From Macrostomum hystrix (lineage: Eukaryota > Animalia > Platyhelminthes): 64,000 nucleotides of DNA. The notes beneath the pieces were generated by a model, which worked only from the letters and a program-made list of their open reading frames with translations, ran no database searches and was not told the DNA's origin. The translations under genes and the position numbers were made by a program. Every line of letters starts with the position of its first letter. Within the stretch, counting starts at the first letter, position 1. This document shows positions 1 to 13,912 of the stretch, one piece after another. The stretch lies in contig CATNEN010000024.1 in NCBI GenBank assembly GCA_950097015.1, positions 1,550,001 to 1,614,000 of the forward strand, given 5' to 3'.

Positions 1-20
1 TGCATCAAAGTGCCAAGCGA

Positions 21-275
21 ATGCGCCACGGCTCTATTGAGAGCGGCTGCAGCAGCACTGGCACTTCAGAGGCCGCATTGTCCGATCCGTTGTGTTCCAG
101 TCAGCAGCGGCAGCTGGGCCAGCTCAGGGCGACCTCAGGAGGCAGCGGCGGCGGTCTGATGCCAGCCGCGGCTGCGGACGCGCACAAGGCCTTCCTATCG
201 CTAGCCTCCAGTCTGGGGATGTCCTATCCGGCATTTTTTCCAAATTCCCTGCCAGCTGAGTCAATGCTTCAACAG

Positions 276-309
<34 letters not shown>

Positions 310-749
310 TGCATCGTTTACAACAGCAACACCAACAGTTGCAGCAGCAGCAGCAGCAGCAGAGTAGCTACCAACCCATTAACAGCCATCTGAGTGCCAG
401 CAAGTCCTACCATTCAATATTCAACCCGCCACCGCAGCCCGCTCTGCCGTCACTGGCGCATCAGCCGAGGCTGCATCCGACACAGCAGCCGCCGGTTGAA
501 GTGACCGCCTCGCCTTTGAAAGAGGCCCTGTCCCAGGTCGACAATTATCAGCTGCAGCGGCAGCTACGCCGACTCGATGGCTACTTTCGCTCGGGCATTG
601 TTGCCCTAGCTGACAGCCTGACGGTGCGGCACAGCGCCGCTGCCAACGACGCTGAGTTTGTTGCCTGGGAGCGCGACAGCATGAGCCGCCTATTCGCCTA
701 CATGGACGGGCTGGAACGGGTGCAGAAGCTGGCCAGTGAGCTGGTCTGA
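21..749 (+). CDS. Glutamine-rich (polyQ) protein of unknown function; whole gene or terminal exon
   Basis: ATG-to-TGA ORF of 242 aa, GC-rich with (CAG)n tracts and a non-repetitive, helical-looking C-terminus (LKEALSQVDNYQLQRQLRRLDGYFRSG...SELV). Composition switches to AT-rich right after the stop. No family recognised. Confidence 0.65.
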
Positions 750-2121
750 GCACAGACGCTATTCCCTAATGAGAAATCTTGGTTCGCACACGAATCACTG
801 CGCCAAGCTGTAGAGATAAGTTACTGTGGCTCAATTATCGTTTGTTCGGGTGCTCCTTCAATCAACTGCTCATATCTTGAGTGTTTTCTATTAACTTGTT
901 AACTATCAATTTAGTTATTAAGTTTTCTACCCTATTTATTGTATAAACATAGGCATTTCCTTTTTGATGATCTTTGGTTTATAAAACTGCGTTTAAGTCC
1001 TGCTAATTATTACTTCAGTTTTTTAAGTAAGTCAATCTGTTTCTTCTCATATTACTTAAGTTTACATAAGATAGTAAATTTTTTGCTTACTACTAATGCT
1101 GAAAATCAGTAGTATAATATGCAAAGTAGCTTAAACAGTTTTTTGCTGTTTTTACTAATCACATTAGCTGTTGGGTCGTCGTAATTTGAAAGCAGCTCAA
1201 TTCATCGCCAACAGTTTATCTGCACTAATTTGCAGCTAGAATTTATGCAGCAATTTTCCCCACTATTGTCACTTCTATTCTCGTTAGTTTTTTGCCTTTT
1301 GACCCGAGTGATTCTGTTTCAGAGAAGCGCTGAAACTGTGCTCAAATTCGCCAATCAAGTGTTTCTTATTTTACAAAGTAGTCTTTGCAAGTTATTCAGC
1401 TAATCTATACTCTTGAACATACCCGCCTTTATTTGCAACCATACCTAATTATTTCACTTTAAATGGCTGTCGGAGTGCATATCAACCGGTTAAACAGATC
1501 AGTCTTCTGCTTTTTGCCAAAATGTCAGCTCCCTTGAATGAGTCCATCATCACAGACTGCTCGGCTAGTAAGCTTGCTAAAATGTAGTTTTCTATTGACA
1601 AGATCATGTGCCACAATTCCCCGTTGCAGGCATCCGAAATGATTGTACACCCGCTGCTGGATCCACGCTCGGTGTTTAATGAAAATCAAGAAACAATGTT
1701 TATTACTAAATTTTAAACTCATTATTCACTGCCGCGCGGAACCATAAATATCAATAACTGATTATTGATTAAGTGAAAATCTAACCCTGGTTGGGTGATT
1801 TCTGACAGTGAAAACTGCTGCGCCCAAAGTGCTTTTCCTGCCTGTACTCCTGTTGCAAGCTTCATCAACAGCCAGAACTCCCGTCCTGAATGACATGGGA
1901 CTTATTCAGAAATATATATGTAGCTGTACGAGAGTTGGCATTAGGTAACACTGGTCAGTGCAGCTGTACCATACGTGCTATGAATTTGACATGAAGAACA
2001 CGTTTCTTCTGTCTTTGGTCTATTTTATTTATAGAAAGTCTGTTGCGACAATTCATTTGGTTTAGAACCCTGTATGAAAAAAATCAATCAACTAACCTTA
2101 AGTGTTGGTGCAAGCAAGTTT

Positions 2122-2485
2122 ATTACCCACAGACAGTGCTGGTGTAAGTTCAGTACCAAAAAGCAGTGCTAGTGCAGGCTCATTACCCACAGACAGTGCT
2201 GGTGCAGGTTCAGTACCCACAGACAGTGCTGGTGCAGGTTCAGTACCCACAGACAGTGCTGGTGCAGGTTCAGTACCCATAGACAGTGCTGGTGCAGGTT
2301 CAGTACCCACAGACAGTGCTGGTGCAGGTTCAGTACCCATAGACAGTGCTGGTGCAGGTTCAGTACCCATAGACAGTGCTGGTGCAGGTTCAGTACCCAC
2401 AGACAGTGCTGGTGCAGGTTCAGTACCCACAGACAGTGCTGGTGCAGGTTCAGTACCCATAGACAGTGCTGGTGCAGGTTCAGTG
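2122..2485. repeat. 30-bp minisatellite, ~12 copies
   Basis: Unit AGACAGTGCTGGTGCAGGTTCAGTACCCA(C/T); accounts for the periodic ORFs at 2098-2627. Confidence 0.95.
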
Positions 2486-3615
2486 ATACCACGGACAGTG
2501 ATATCCATAATATTATGATACTATGATGAGAGCACACGGTCTTAAATTGAACAAAAAATCTCTTAGCGCATTCGATAGTAACAAATATGGAACCACACAA
2601 GAAGCTTTGTTCTCTGTGATGCATCAAATTTGTATTATTTTTAGTTCAATTTGGATTAGAGCAGCTAAACTAGAACAGTACAACATTGAGTAAGAGGTTA
2701 AATATGCCTTGAGCTTTGAGCTTCAGGGAAAATGTGAGAAACTGATGTTTGTCCTTCATGGATTAAAACTGTAGGCAAAACAGACTAAGACAGACTAAGA
2801 ATCTCAGGCCCTCCATGTCGAGCCCAAAGGCGTTCTAATTAGTACAAAAATATATTAAAGTATACTAATAGTAGTGTATATAAAGCTGATAATAAATAAA
2901 TCTAGTAAAAATACATCGCACATCTAGACCGTAGTTATGCCGAGTGTGACAGCAAGCAGATCTGCTTGTTTACGCTAAACTGAAAGCAAAAAACGACACA
3001 ACATTCGATGATCCGCTGTGAGCAACACAAGATCACAATATAATTAAATAATAAAAACAGCCGCATTTTATAATTGTATTGCGATAACTAAGACGCTAGT
3101 TATCGCAATTTATGCGCTAATAACGAATAAAAATCCTGAAAAAACGAAAAAAGGACAAGAAATCTTAAAACCCAAGGACAAAAGACAACGGTGAAAGAAA
3201 GAAGTTTCAGCGAAACTAAAGCCAAGCTGAGAATAGTGGATATAATTATTCTCTACAAAAAATCCACAGGCTGAAGCAGGGATCTCTGGATAAACGTGCA
3301 ATAGGAAGAAATGGCTGTTGAACCCGCTAAAGTTTTCAAAGTAGATTTTTAACGGCCGATGGCATTAGAGAATGTTAGTTGGTTTCTTTTTAGGAAAAAT
3401 AGAAAATTTTCTTGTTGCCAACCGTATTTCTTTTGGTCTAGGATTCAATAGCTAAAGTTAAAATGATTCGAAGAGTGTGGGCTTCAGAGTGCAGGACAAC
3501 AAAACTCACCACAAAAGTAGATTTTCTCCAAACTTAAAACAAAAATCATCGCCAAAAGTATCAGAACAGCTCAGAGATCATCTAAGATCCTAAGCAAGAG
3601 CACACAAAGCCGCGA

Positions 3616-6600
3616 TCAGAAAGGCTTGGCGTGATCATCCGGCCACTGATAGGGGTCCGGCACAATTTCCGGATAGTCGGTGCGGTACATCCGTTCGGAG
3701 ATGTAGGCGCGCAGGTCATCAGGGGCCTGGCCAATGCCGGCTAGGCCGTGTCTCAGGGCGTGCTCGGCCACCTTGACGGCGATCTCCAGGCTGACGGACT
3801 GGATATCGGACAGTGGCGGGTAGAGACGGCCCTCGGCCAGGTGAGCATCTGTCACCAGGCCGGCCAGGGTCTGGGCGGCCCGGAGGAACACCTTGTCAGT
3901 GATTGGCCGGATGCCGCAGGTGACAATAGCCAGTGCGACGCCGGGGAAGATGTAGGCGTTGTTGCCCTGGCCGGGATGTAGGACGGTGCCATTGGGCAGT
4001 GTCACCGGTTCGAATGGGGAGCCTGTGGCGGCGGGCGGAGCGTCACACGTTTATAAAGCTTAAAAAACAACTATTTTTGTTCTATGGAAGCAAACTGGGG
4101 ATCTGGAACTGAGGAGGCAAAGCTGGGGATCTGGAACTGTGGAGGTAAAGCTGGGGATCTGGAACTGAGGAGGCAATGCTGGGGATCTGGAACTGAGGAG
4201 GCAAAGCTGGGGATCTGGAACTGTGGAGGCAAAGCTGGGGATCTGGAACTGTGGAGGCAATGCTGGGGATCTGGAACTGAGGAGGCAAAGCTGGGGATCT
4301 GGAACTGAGGAGGCAAAGCTGGGGATCTGGAACTGAGGAGGCAAAGCTGGGGATCTGGAACTGTGGAGGCAATGCTGGGGATCTGGAACTGAGGAGGCAA
4401 AGTTGGGGATCTGGAACTGAGGAGGCAAAGCTGGGGATCTGGAACTGAGGAGGCAATGCTGGGGATCTGGAACTGAGGAGGCAAAGCTGGGGATCTGGAA
4501 CTGTGGAGGCAATGCTGGGGATCTGGAACTGAGGAGGCAAAGTTGGGGATCTGGAACTGAGGAGGCAAAGCTGGGGATCTGGAACTGAGGAGGCAATGCT
4601 GGGGATCTGGAACTGAGGAGGCAAAGCTGGGGATCTGGAACTGAGGAGGCAATGCTGGGGATCTGGAACTGTGGAGGCAAAGCTGGGGATCTGGAACTGT
4701 GGAGGCAATGCTGGGGATCTGGAACTGAGGAGGCAATGCTGGGGATCTGGAACTGTGGAGGCAAAGCTGGGGATCTGGAACTGTGGAGGCAAAGCTGGGG
4801 ATCTGGAACTGTGGAGGCAAAGCTGGGGATCTGGAACTGAGGAGGCAAAGCTGGGGATCTGGAACTGAGGAGGCAAAGTTGGGGATCTGGAACTGAGGAG
4901 GCAATGCTGGGGATCTGGAACTGAGGAGGCAATGCTGGGGATCTGGAACTGTGGAGGCAAAGCTGGGGATCTGGAACTGTGGAGGCAATGCTGGGGATCT
5001 GGAACTGAGGAGGCAATGCTGGGGATCTGGAACTGTGGAGGCAATGCTGGGGATCTGGAACTGTGGAGGCAAAGCTGGGGATCTCGGACGATGGAGGCAA
5101 AGCTGGGAATTTAAGGATCTAGAACTGTGGAGGCACAGCTGGGGATTTAGGGATCTGTAACTTTGGCGAAGGCGAAGACAGCTTACCCGAGACGAACACA
5201 GCTCTGCCGTCGGTGTACTTGTAGGCCTCCTCAGCCGTGCACTCGGCCTGTGATGTCGGGTTGCTCAGCGCGAACACAATCGGCTTATCGTTCAGCTGGC
5301 CCATCTCGCGGAGCAGCTCCGGCGTGAATGCGCCGGGGACGGCCGCTGCGCCAATGATGCCTGTGGGCTTAATAAGCCGGACGCACTCCAGAAGGCTCTG
5401 GGTGTCAGGCAGGTCCTTGGCGAACTCCTGCTTGTGACCAGATAGGCCGGTGCGAGTCTTGGTGATCAGACCCTGTTGGGATAACACACTTTGGCAATGA
5501 ACAGGTGCTGAGTCTTCTCTGAAAATACTCAATGGGTAGTCTAAGCTCTCAGATTAAACACCTGAAATCCCACAGTGAAACACTCAGATTAAACACCTGA
5601 AATCCCTCAGTGAAACACTCAGATTAAACACCTGAAATCCCACAGTGAAACACTCAGATTAAACACCTGAAATCCCTCAGTGAAACACTCAGATTAAACA
5701 CCTGAAATCCCACAGTGAAACACTCAGATTAAACACCTGAAATCCCACAGTGAAACACTCAGATTAAACACCTGAAATCCCTCAGTGAAACACTCAGATT
5801 AAACACATGAAATCCCTCAGTGAAACACTCAGATTAAACACCTGAAATCCCTCAGTGAAACACTCAGATTAAACACCTGAAATCCCTCAGTGAAACACTC
5901 AGATTAAACACCTGAAATCCCACACTGAAACACTCAGATTAAACACCTGAAATCCCTCAGTGAAACACTCAGATTAAACACCTGAAATCCCTCAGTGAAA
6001 CACTCAGATTAAACACCTGAAATCCCTCAGTGAAACACTCAGATTAAACACCTGAAATCCCATAGTGAAACACTCAGATTAAACACCTGAAATCCCTCAG
6101 TGAAACACTCAGATTAAACACCTGAAATCCCACAGTGAAACACTCAGATTAAACACCTGAAATCCCACAGTGAAACACTCAGATTAAACACCTGAAATCC
6201 CATAGTGAAACACTCAGATTAAACACCTGAAATCCCACAGTGAAACACTCAGATTAAACACCTGAAATCCCACAGTGAAACACTCAGATTAAACACCTGA
6301 AATCCCTCAGTGAAACACTCAGATTAAACACCTGAAATCCCTCAGTGAAACACTCAGATTAAACACCTGAAATCCCTCAGTGAAACACTCAGATTAAACA
6401 CCTGAAATCCCTCAGTGAAACACTCAGATTAAACACCTGAAATCCCACACTGAAACACTCAGATTAAACACCTGAAATCCCTCAGTGAAACACTCAGATT
6501 AAACACCTGAAATCCCTCAGTGAAACACTCAGATTAAACACCTGAAATCCCTCAGTGAAACACTCAGATTAAACACCTGAAATCCCATAGTGAAACACTC

Positions 6601-9600
6601 AGATTAAACACCTGAAATCCCATAGTGAAACACTCAGATTAAACACCTGAAATCCCACAGTGAAACACTCAGATTAAACACCTGAAATCCCACAGTGAAA
6701 CACTCAGATTAAACACCTGAAATCCCTCAGTGAAACACTCAGATTAAACACATGAAATCGCACAGTGAAACACTCAGATTAAACACCTGAAATCCCTCAG
6801 TGAAACACTCAGATTAAACACCTGAAATCCCTCAGTGAAACACTCAGATTAAACACCTGAAATCCCTCAGTGAAACACTCAGATTAAACACATGAAATCG
6901 CACAGTGAAACACTCAGATTAAACACCTGAAATCCCTCAGTGAAACACTCAGATTAAACACCTGAAATCCCTCAGTGAAACACTCAGATTAAACACCTGA
7001 AATCCCACACTGAAACACTCAGATTAAACACCTGAAATCCCTCAGTGAAACACTCAGATTAAACACCTGAAATCCCTCAGTGAAACACTCAGATTAAACA
7101 CCTGAAATCCCACACTGAAACACTCAGATTAAACACCTGAAATCCCTCAGTGAAACACTCAGATTAAACACCTGAAATCCCTCAGTGAAACACTCAGATT
7201 AAACACCTGAAATCCCTCAGTGAAACACTCAGATTAAACACCTGAAATCCCTCAGTGAAACACTCAGATTAAACACCTGAAATCCCTCAGTGAAACACTC
7301 AGATTAAACACCTGAAATCCCACAGTGAAACACTCAGATTAAACACCTGAAATCCCTCAGTGAAACACTCAGATTAAACACCTGAAATCCCTCAGTGAAA
7401 CACTCAGATTAAACACCTGAAATCCCACACTGAAACACTCAGATTAAACACCTGAAATCCCTCAGTGAAACACTCAGATTAAACACCTGAAATCCCATAG
7501 TGAAACACTCAGATTAAACACCTGAAATCCCTCAGTGAAACACTCAGATTAAACACCTGAAATCCCACAGTGAAACACTCAGATTAAACACCTGAAATCC
7601 CACAGTGAAACACTCAGATTAAACACCTGAAATCCCTCAGTGAAACACTCAGATTAAACACATGAAATCGCACAGTGAAACACTCAGATTAAACACCTGA
7701 AATCCCTCAGTGAAACACTCAGATTAAACACCTGAAATCCCTCAGTGAAACACTCAGATTAAACACCTGAAATCCCACACTGAAACACTCAGATTAAACA
7801 CCTGAAATCCCTCAGTGAAACACTCAGATTAAACACCTGAAATCCCTCAGTGAAACACTCAGATTAAACACCTGAAATCCCTCAGTGAAACACTCAGATT
7901 AAACACCTGAAATCCCATAGTGAAACACTCAGATTAAACACCTGAAATCCCTCAGTGAAACACTCAGATTAAACACCTGAAATCCCACAGTGAAACACTC
8001 AGATTAAACACCTGAAATCCCACAGTGAAACACTCAGATTAAACACCTGAAATCCCACAGTGAAACACTCAGATTAAACACCTGAAATCCCTCAGTGAAA
8101 CACTCAGATTAAACACCTGAAATCCCTCAGTGAAACACTCAGATTAAACACATGAAATCGCACAGTGAAACACTCAGATTAAACACCTGAAATCCCTCAG
8201 TGAAACACTCAGATTAAACACCTGAAATCCCTCAGTGAAACACTCAGATTAAACACATGAAATCCCACAGTGAAACACTCTGATTAAACACTTTCAAAAA
8301 TGAAGATTTCCATCGTGACTTCGAGAACCTGAAATTAAACGCCTAACCTTGCTATCCACCATGAAAATCTTCTTCAGACCCTCCTCTCGCGCCGTGCCCT
8401 CCTCCTGCATGGCCTCCAGAATGAGTTTGGCGATGCCGATGTTAGCCTCGCCGGCGCCCTGGAACAGGAAGACGTTCTCTGAGACGCGCTTTTTCGTGAC
8501 GCGAACTGCGGCCAACAGGCCCGCCACTGCCACGGAGGCCGTACCTGAGGGAAATGAGATAGACTATTATGAAAAATAATAAAGGAAGTTACTTTACTTG
8601 TGAGTAGGATTATCCTCACCCTGAATGTCATCGTTAAACACGCAGTAGTCGTAGCGGTACTTCTCCAGAAACCTAAAAGCGTTGGCATTGCCAAAGTCCT
8701 CAAACTGGATGAGGCAGCTGCGACCGTAGGCTTTAACAACGGCTTGAATGAAGGCGTCAATGAACTCATCGTACTGGGCGCCGCGCACCCGCGGCATGCG
8801 TAGGCCGCTGTACATCGGATCGCTGACTAGTTCCTTCCTGTTGCAGCCAACATCCAGTGCGATTGGCAGGCAGGTGCTCGGATTCACGCCGGCCAGAGCG
8901 GTGTACAGGCTCAGCTTGCCAACCGGGATGCCCATGCCATTGGTGCCGAGGTCTCCAAGGCCCAGGATGCGCTCCCCGTCTGTCACCACAATGGCGCGAA
9001 TGTCAGTCTCTGGCCAGTTGCGGAGGATTCTTTCAATGTTGTCCTTGTCGAAAATGGTGATGTAGAGGCCGCTGCAAACGAAAATCGAGAACGACAAAAA
9101 CCTTATTCAATAGCGATGAGTATTACGGGAACGGGAATGCAGCCTAATGGCTAGAGCTTGGGACTCCTCCTCATCGAGTGTTCTGGAGTTCAAATCTTGG
9201 CCGAGAGGAATATACAAAATAATACTTACAGGAGGGCAGTGGACAATGGCACATCTTTTCGTGACACTAGACCCGCAACCAGCGAGGAGTCAATACTGCC
9301 CATTCTGCTTACGCCTGAGCACACACGCACACAGATACCTCAAGCACACTCACACAGGTGTACATCTGCCCTGACTTTCTCATCGACCCAACTCAATGTG
9401 GCCTCGCCACGCAATCTAGATCATGGACTTTGGTGCGAGAGACAAACGTGTTAAACCGCTTCGCCACTCACTACCTAGCCAAAGGGAAACAACTCGGGCA
9501 ATAGAGCCATACACTCTTATTCCCTTAGCTTCAGTTTACCGAGAAATAGGTCCATGGACTGAACAGCTACGGGATTGGCAAGATTATTATAGGGAGATTT

Positions 9601-10069
9601 CATTGTTTGAAGAGTTAAACAATGATTAATAATCGATTGTTACTCACCGGGGCCGACGAAAGATGTGGCCAAACTTCTGGCAGGCCAGGCCCACGGTAGG
9701 CGTGTAAATTAGCGGCATGGCCTCTTCTACACTCTCGGATAGGTAGCGGTAGAACAGGCGCTCGTTTCTGTCCTGCAGCGACATGAGGTAGATGTACTTA
9801 TTTAGCGGATCCTTGTAGCGATCCAGATTGTAACGGATGCGATCCAGCTGGCTGTCCTGAGTCTTGACAGACGGCGGCAGCAGGCCGTGAATGTTCAGCA
9901 GCTGGCGCTCGCGTAGAGTAAAGGCCTGGCCCCGATTGGTTCGCGGATCGCGCAGTACATCAATGCCCCTAGCCCGGCGGGCCAGGCTGACGAATGGATC
10001 GTGGCCGCCAGACTTCCGAGAGGGGCCGCTCAGGGCGCGCCGACTCAGGTGGCTAATAATGGACTGCAT
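3616..10069 (-). CDS. ME1/ME3: Malic enzyme, NADP-type, probable mitochondrial presequence; 5 exons, 587 aa
   Basis: Exons 10069-9648, 9071-8620, 8544-8348, 5472-5187 and 4022-3616, all GT-AG and phase-compatible (1764 nt). Motifs [71 protein letters not shown]-terminus [19 protein letters not shown] is Arg/Ser-rich and acid-free. Confidence 0.96.
4086..5160. repeat. 28-bp minisatellite (~38 copies) filling malic enzyme intron 4
   Basis: Unit GCTGGGGATCTGGAACTG(A/T)GGAGGCAA(A/T). Confidence 0.97.
5548..8292. repeat. 35-bp minisatellite (~78 copies) filling malic enzyme intron 3
   Basis: Unit CACTCAGATTAAACACCTGAAATCCC(T/A)CAGTGAAA. Confidence 0.97.
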
Positions 10070-10949
10070 CTTTCCAATTAGACTCTGGTGACTGAGCGGC
10101 TGCGGGCTTGTGAGTAAAACAATACTTAACACTTTAGAAACACTGAAAACTGTCTTCGCCAGTCACTTATTCCTAGGAAACGTGATTCCATCAAACTATG
10201 GTATGCTCTAATAACAATGCCTGCTAACTGCCTTATAATGTCTGATAACAGGACAAACAAAAAACTAACTGTCTAGTAAAATGGATTTAGATATTTGAGC
10301 TGAAATTTAACATGCACTAGTCCAAGAGCAACAACAGTATTACCAACATTTTACAATGATAATGATGATTGACAGATGATAAATCTCATTAAAGAACCAC
10401 TGTGTGGGTAAAAATTGGTTAAATTATTTTGCACTATACTGTAATTCTTGTGGCTGGTCAATGTAGCATTTTTACAAAGAAGTGCATTTAATAATCCATA
10501 TAAAAGTAGGCATAACCTAGCCACAATTTCTGTCATATTTTAAGTTTCAAAACTAAGTTACACTACATGCCAATTTTTGTCCTTAACTTAAGGCTTGTTT
10601 CCATTGTTGAACAGACAAGACAAAAACAAACTATTTTGCTTTGTCTTTCTGAATAGGGAAAATGGGGAAAAACTATTCTAATTCTTTTGCATAGCCACTA
10701 TTTTTAGCCCCTTTTGTTATTATAGTAATTCAAAAGTAAGTACTTCAATTCAGTAAGTACTTAATTCAAATGAAGTACTTCAAAACAATTTTAGCAACAA
10801 ATCAACTAAAATGTAAGCTTCATGGCAATAATTGTGTCATTGTTGAGTTTTGTTATTTTCATGATGCCTAATGGTTTCTATTCACATTATTTTTGTGGTA
10901 CCTATCCACAAAACCCTTAAGCCTTTATGTAAAAAATAGGATTGATATT

Positions 10950-12971
10950 CAACAACAACAACAACAACAAAGTACGCTGTCAGGTGGAAAAGGCAGCGTC
11001 ACAGTGCACGCTTCAGAGCCTGGGCGCGAACAAAGGCCGCACCGCCGGCAGTGTCCGGGGCGCCAGCATCGGCCAGCAGGCAGTCGACGAAACGCCGAGT
11101 TCGGGCCTGGCCGCGCCGGTAGGGTGCCTGCAGCGTTAGCAGCAGCACCTCCTGCACCGGCTGCGGGCAGTAGGACTCGGCGCGGATGATGTGGCCTGCC
11201 AGCTGGAGTCGCCGAAGTCGCAGCAGCTCACTTGGACGGGCCAGGCCGGCGCGGCGATAGAGTACCGCGTTAGTGATCCGCTCGTCGCTGATCTTAAAGG
11301 CGGCACGCAGCAGGCCAGCGTGCGCCGCGTTGACTTGCTGTTCTAGCGAATCCGTCAGCGTCCACGTCTCGGCGTTGTACAACAGGACGGTCTCGACCAC
11401 CGCCTGGAACAGCGCCGCCCTCTGGCGATCAGGTAGGGCCTCGGACTGCAGGACCGCCCTCACAGAACGAAAGGCAGCCCAAGCGAGCCCGCGGCGACGC
11501 CGCAGATCTTCGCGGACGTCAGGTACCAGACCGCCGAGGTAGACGAACTGCTGAAAGCGCGGAAGTTCCGTTACCTGCCCGTCAGCGCTTCGGCAGAAAA
11601 TTGCGGCCTCGATGTCGCTCGGCACGCAGAGCACAACGGTCTTCTTCGTGTTGACCAACAGCCCGACGCTCGCTGCAGCGCTAACCAGCTTATCCAGCTG
11701 GCGCTGGGCGTCCTCTACGGTCGAGGACAGCAGGGCGAGGTCATCGGCGTAGCCAAGCACGCTGAGCCGCTTCTCCGGTTGACGTCGACCCACGCGTCGC
11801 CGCAGTAGGAAGCCGTCTTCGTCGGTAGGAAGAGCAGTTCGTAGCACCCAGTCAAGCACCAGGACGAACAGGAACGGCGCTAGAGTGTCCCCCTGGAGCA
11901 CCCCGGAGGATGTCTCGAAGGGGTCCGACAGGCCGTCCGGCGTCATCACAGCTGCTCTCGTAGCACAGTACAACGCCATGATGGCGGAGATCAGCTGTTC
12001 TGGCGCATGGTACGCGCGGAGCACATGTGGGAGCGCAGCCCTCGCAACCGAGTCGAAAGCCTTCATGAAGTCAATGAAGACAACGATCAGGTCCAACTGG
12101 CGCGGCTCCTCGATGATTCGGCGAAGAGCTAGGATCTGTGTCACTGTGCCACGGTGGGGCCGAAACCCGTGGCCCACCCGTGGCAGAACCCGTGGTTCTG
12201 CTCAGGTCGCAGGTAGGGATCCAGCACGGGTTGCAACCGCGATAGCAGCATCCGGTTGAACAACTTCGCAGCACAGGATTGCAGGCAGATGCCTCGGTGC
12301 TCGTCTAGCCGCGTAGTGCCCGGCTTCTTTGGAATGGCGATGATGTGCGCCATGGTTCACTCAGTGGGTGCCACCTCACCGGAGAGCACGCGGTTCATCA
12401 CACGGGCGACCTCACTGGCCACACAGTGGATGCGCAGCGCCTCGATGGGCACCTCGTCCGGACCCAGCGCCTTGCCGCCCGTCGTCTTCTGGGCGAGCAT
12501 TACGACTTCAGCCATGGTGACTGGTGCAACGTTAAAACTGTCCTCTGACGGCAACGGCGTCTCTGGCGGCAGCGTCAGGATGTTGGGCGGCGGGGGTGGC
12601 GGCGCGTTGACAATGGCGGCGAAAAACTCGCGTAGCTCGTTCCTGCGCTCATCTGCAGTGTCGCCTGCCAGATTCAGTTGGATGCGCCGCTTCCGCCCTG
12701 TCAGAGCATTAATGGCGGACCAGGCCACGCGCCCTCTGGCGTCGGGCCCAGCGGCAGAGACGGCCCTGACAACTTCATCAACTGCGGCCTGCTGCCGCTG
12801 CAGATAGACAGTCGCCAGAGCCTCCTCCGCCTCGCGAGTAGGTCGCCTGCTCAGACGGAGCTTTTCCAGATCTTCCCTCGCTTGCTGAATCGCGGGGTCG
12901 TCTTGCCAGACCGGCTGCCCACGCTGGGCCGGTCGCATCAACGGGACCGCTTGTTCCGCGGCGGCTCGTAC
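10950..12971 (-). mobile_element. 5'-truncated RTE-clade non-LTR retrotransposon with disabled reverse transcriptase
   Basis: RT motifs QN..GFR, FIDFMKAFDS, GVLQGDTLAPFLF, YADD, LLYNAETWTL and RTE-type C-terminus RLQLAGHIIR. (TTG)n tail at 10950-10968. TGATATT flanks both ends (10943-10949, 12972-12978) as a TSD. TGG>TGA nonsense at 12357-12359 and a 26-nt frameshifting insertion at 12169-12194. No endonuclease domain present. Confidence 0.92.
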
Positions 12972-13104
12972 TGATATTTAATAGGTCCCTATGCATTTAT
13001 TGAGTTTAATCAAGTTAATTATTCACATACGTAATTTAGTCTAGCCAGCTACCCAAAACCTTTAACCCTATATGGTTCACTTGTATCTTAGCTTTTCCCA
13101 TATA

Positions 13105-13912
13105 TGAGGGGTGTTCAATAAGTTTGTGGACTGTATGAAACAACTTAATTAGGTCTGCACACAATGTACTTAACTAAAAGTTGTACATGTCCCAAGCTTA
13201 CTCATCAAATATAAAGGCTCCACTTTCAACCCTGCAACTTAGAATTTTATTTCAGTCACCTACTTCCCCATTATCAAAGCTATCTGTATGGAACCATTGT
13301 GCACTGACTGGAGAGCAATGATTTACTATGACTACAAAAGTGGTCCAACATAGTTTCAGAGATTGGAACAGCTTCACCAGGCCTTTGGCAACACAGCGCC
13401 TTCCAGAACAACTGTTTTTACTGGTTTGCCAAATTTAATTAGGGTCAGCTGTCATTTGAGAGACCAAGTTTGAGAGAGACAACCTCCAAGCTCAACAACC
13501 AATGAAAATGTTGCTGCAGTGCAAGCACTGATTGAAGAAGATCCATGAATGACAGTTCAGCAACTAGCCACATCTAAGTAGCCTGTTGCTCTACCAAGAC
13601 AATGCCTTAGCCCACACAACCTGACACTGTCAACATCTACCTTACAGTCTAGACCTGGCCCTATGCAACTTTTCTATGTTCCCTCAGGTTAAGTGCCTGC
13701 TCAAAGAAGTTTGGTTTGAGTTGCCAGAGTTGGCTATCAAGGCCTTCTGGTCACCTGTACAACATCCCTCAGTACAAATGGACTGGCTGCTTTACTTGGT
13801 TTCAGAGGATAAAGAAGTACATCAAAGCTGCTTGGGAGTACTTTAAAAAGACCTAATAGTATTTTTTACATTTTTTATTCGATATATCTAGAAGCTTATT
13901 TAATATCCCTCA
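13105..13912 (+). mobile_element. Decayed, internally deleted mariner (Tc1/mariner) transposon
   Basis: Imperfect TIRs TGAGGGGTGTTCAATAAGTTT / AAGCTTATTTAATATCCCTCA flanked by TA (13103-04, 13913-14). Broken transposase remnants DWRAMIYYDYK...LHQAFGNTAPSRTTV (HTH) and HLPYSLDLALCNF (YSPDL motif). Confidence 0.85.

Noticed and set aside
5548-8292. CRISPR-like appearance of 28-41-bp repeats
   Set aside because: Units abut with no unique spacers, there are no cas genes, and the context is a eukaryotic intron.
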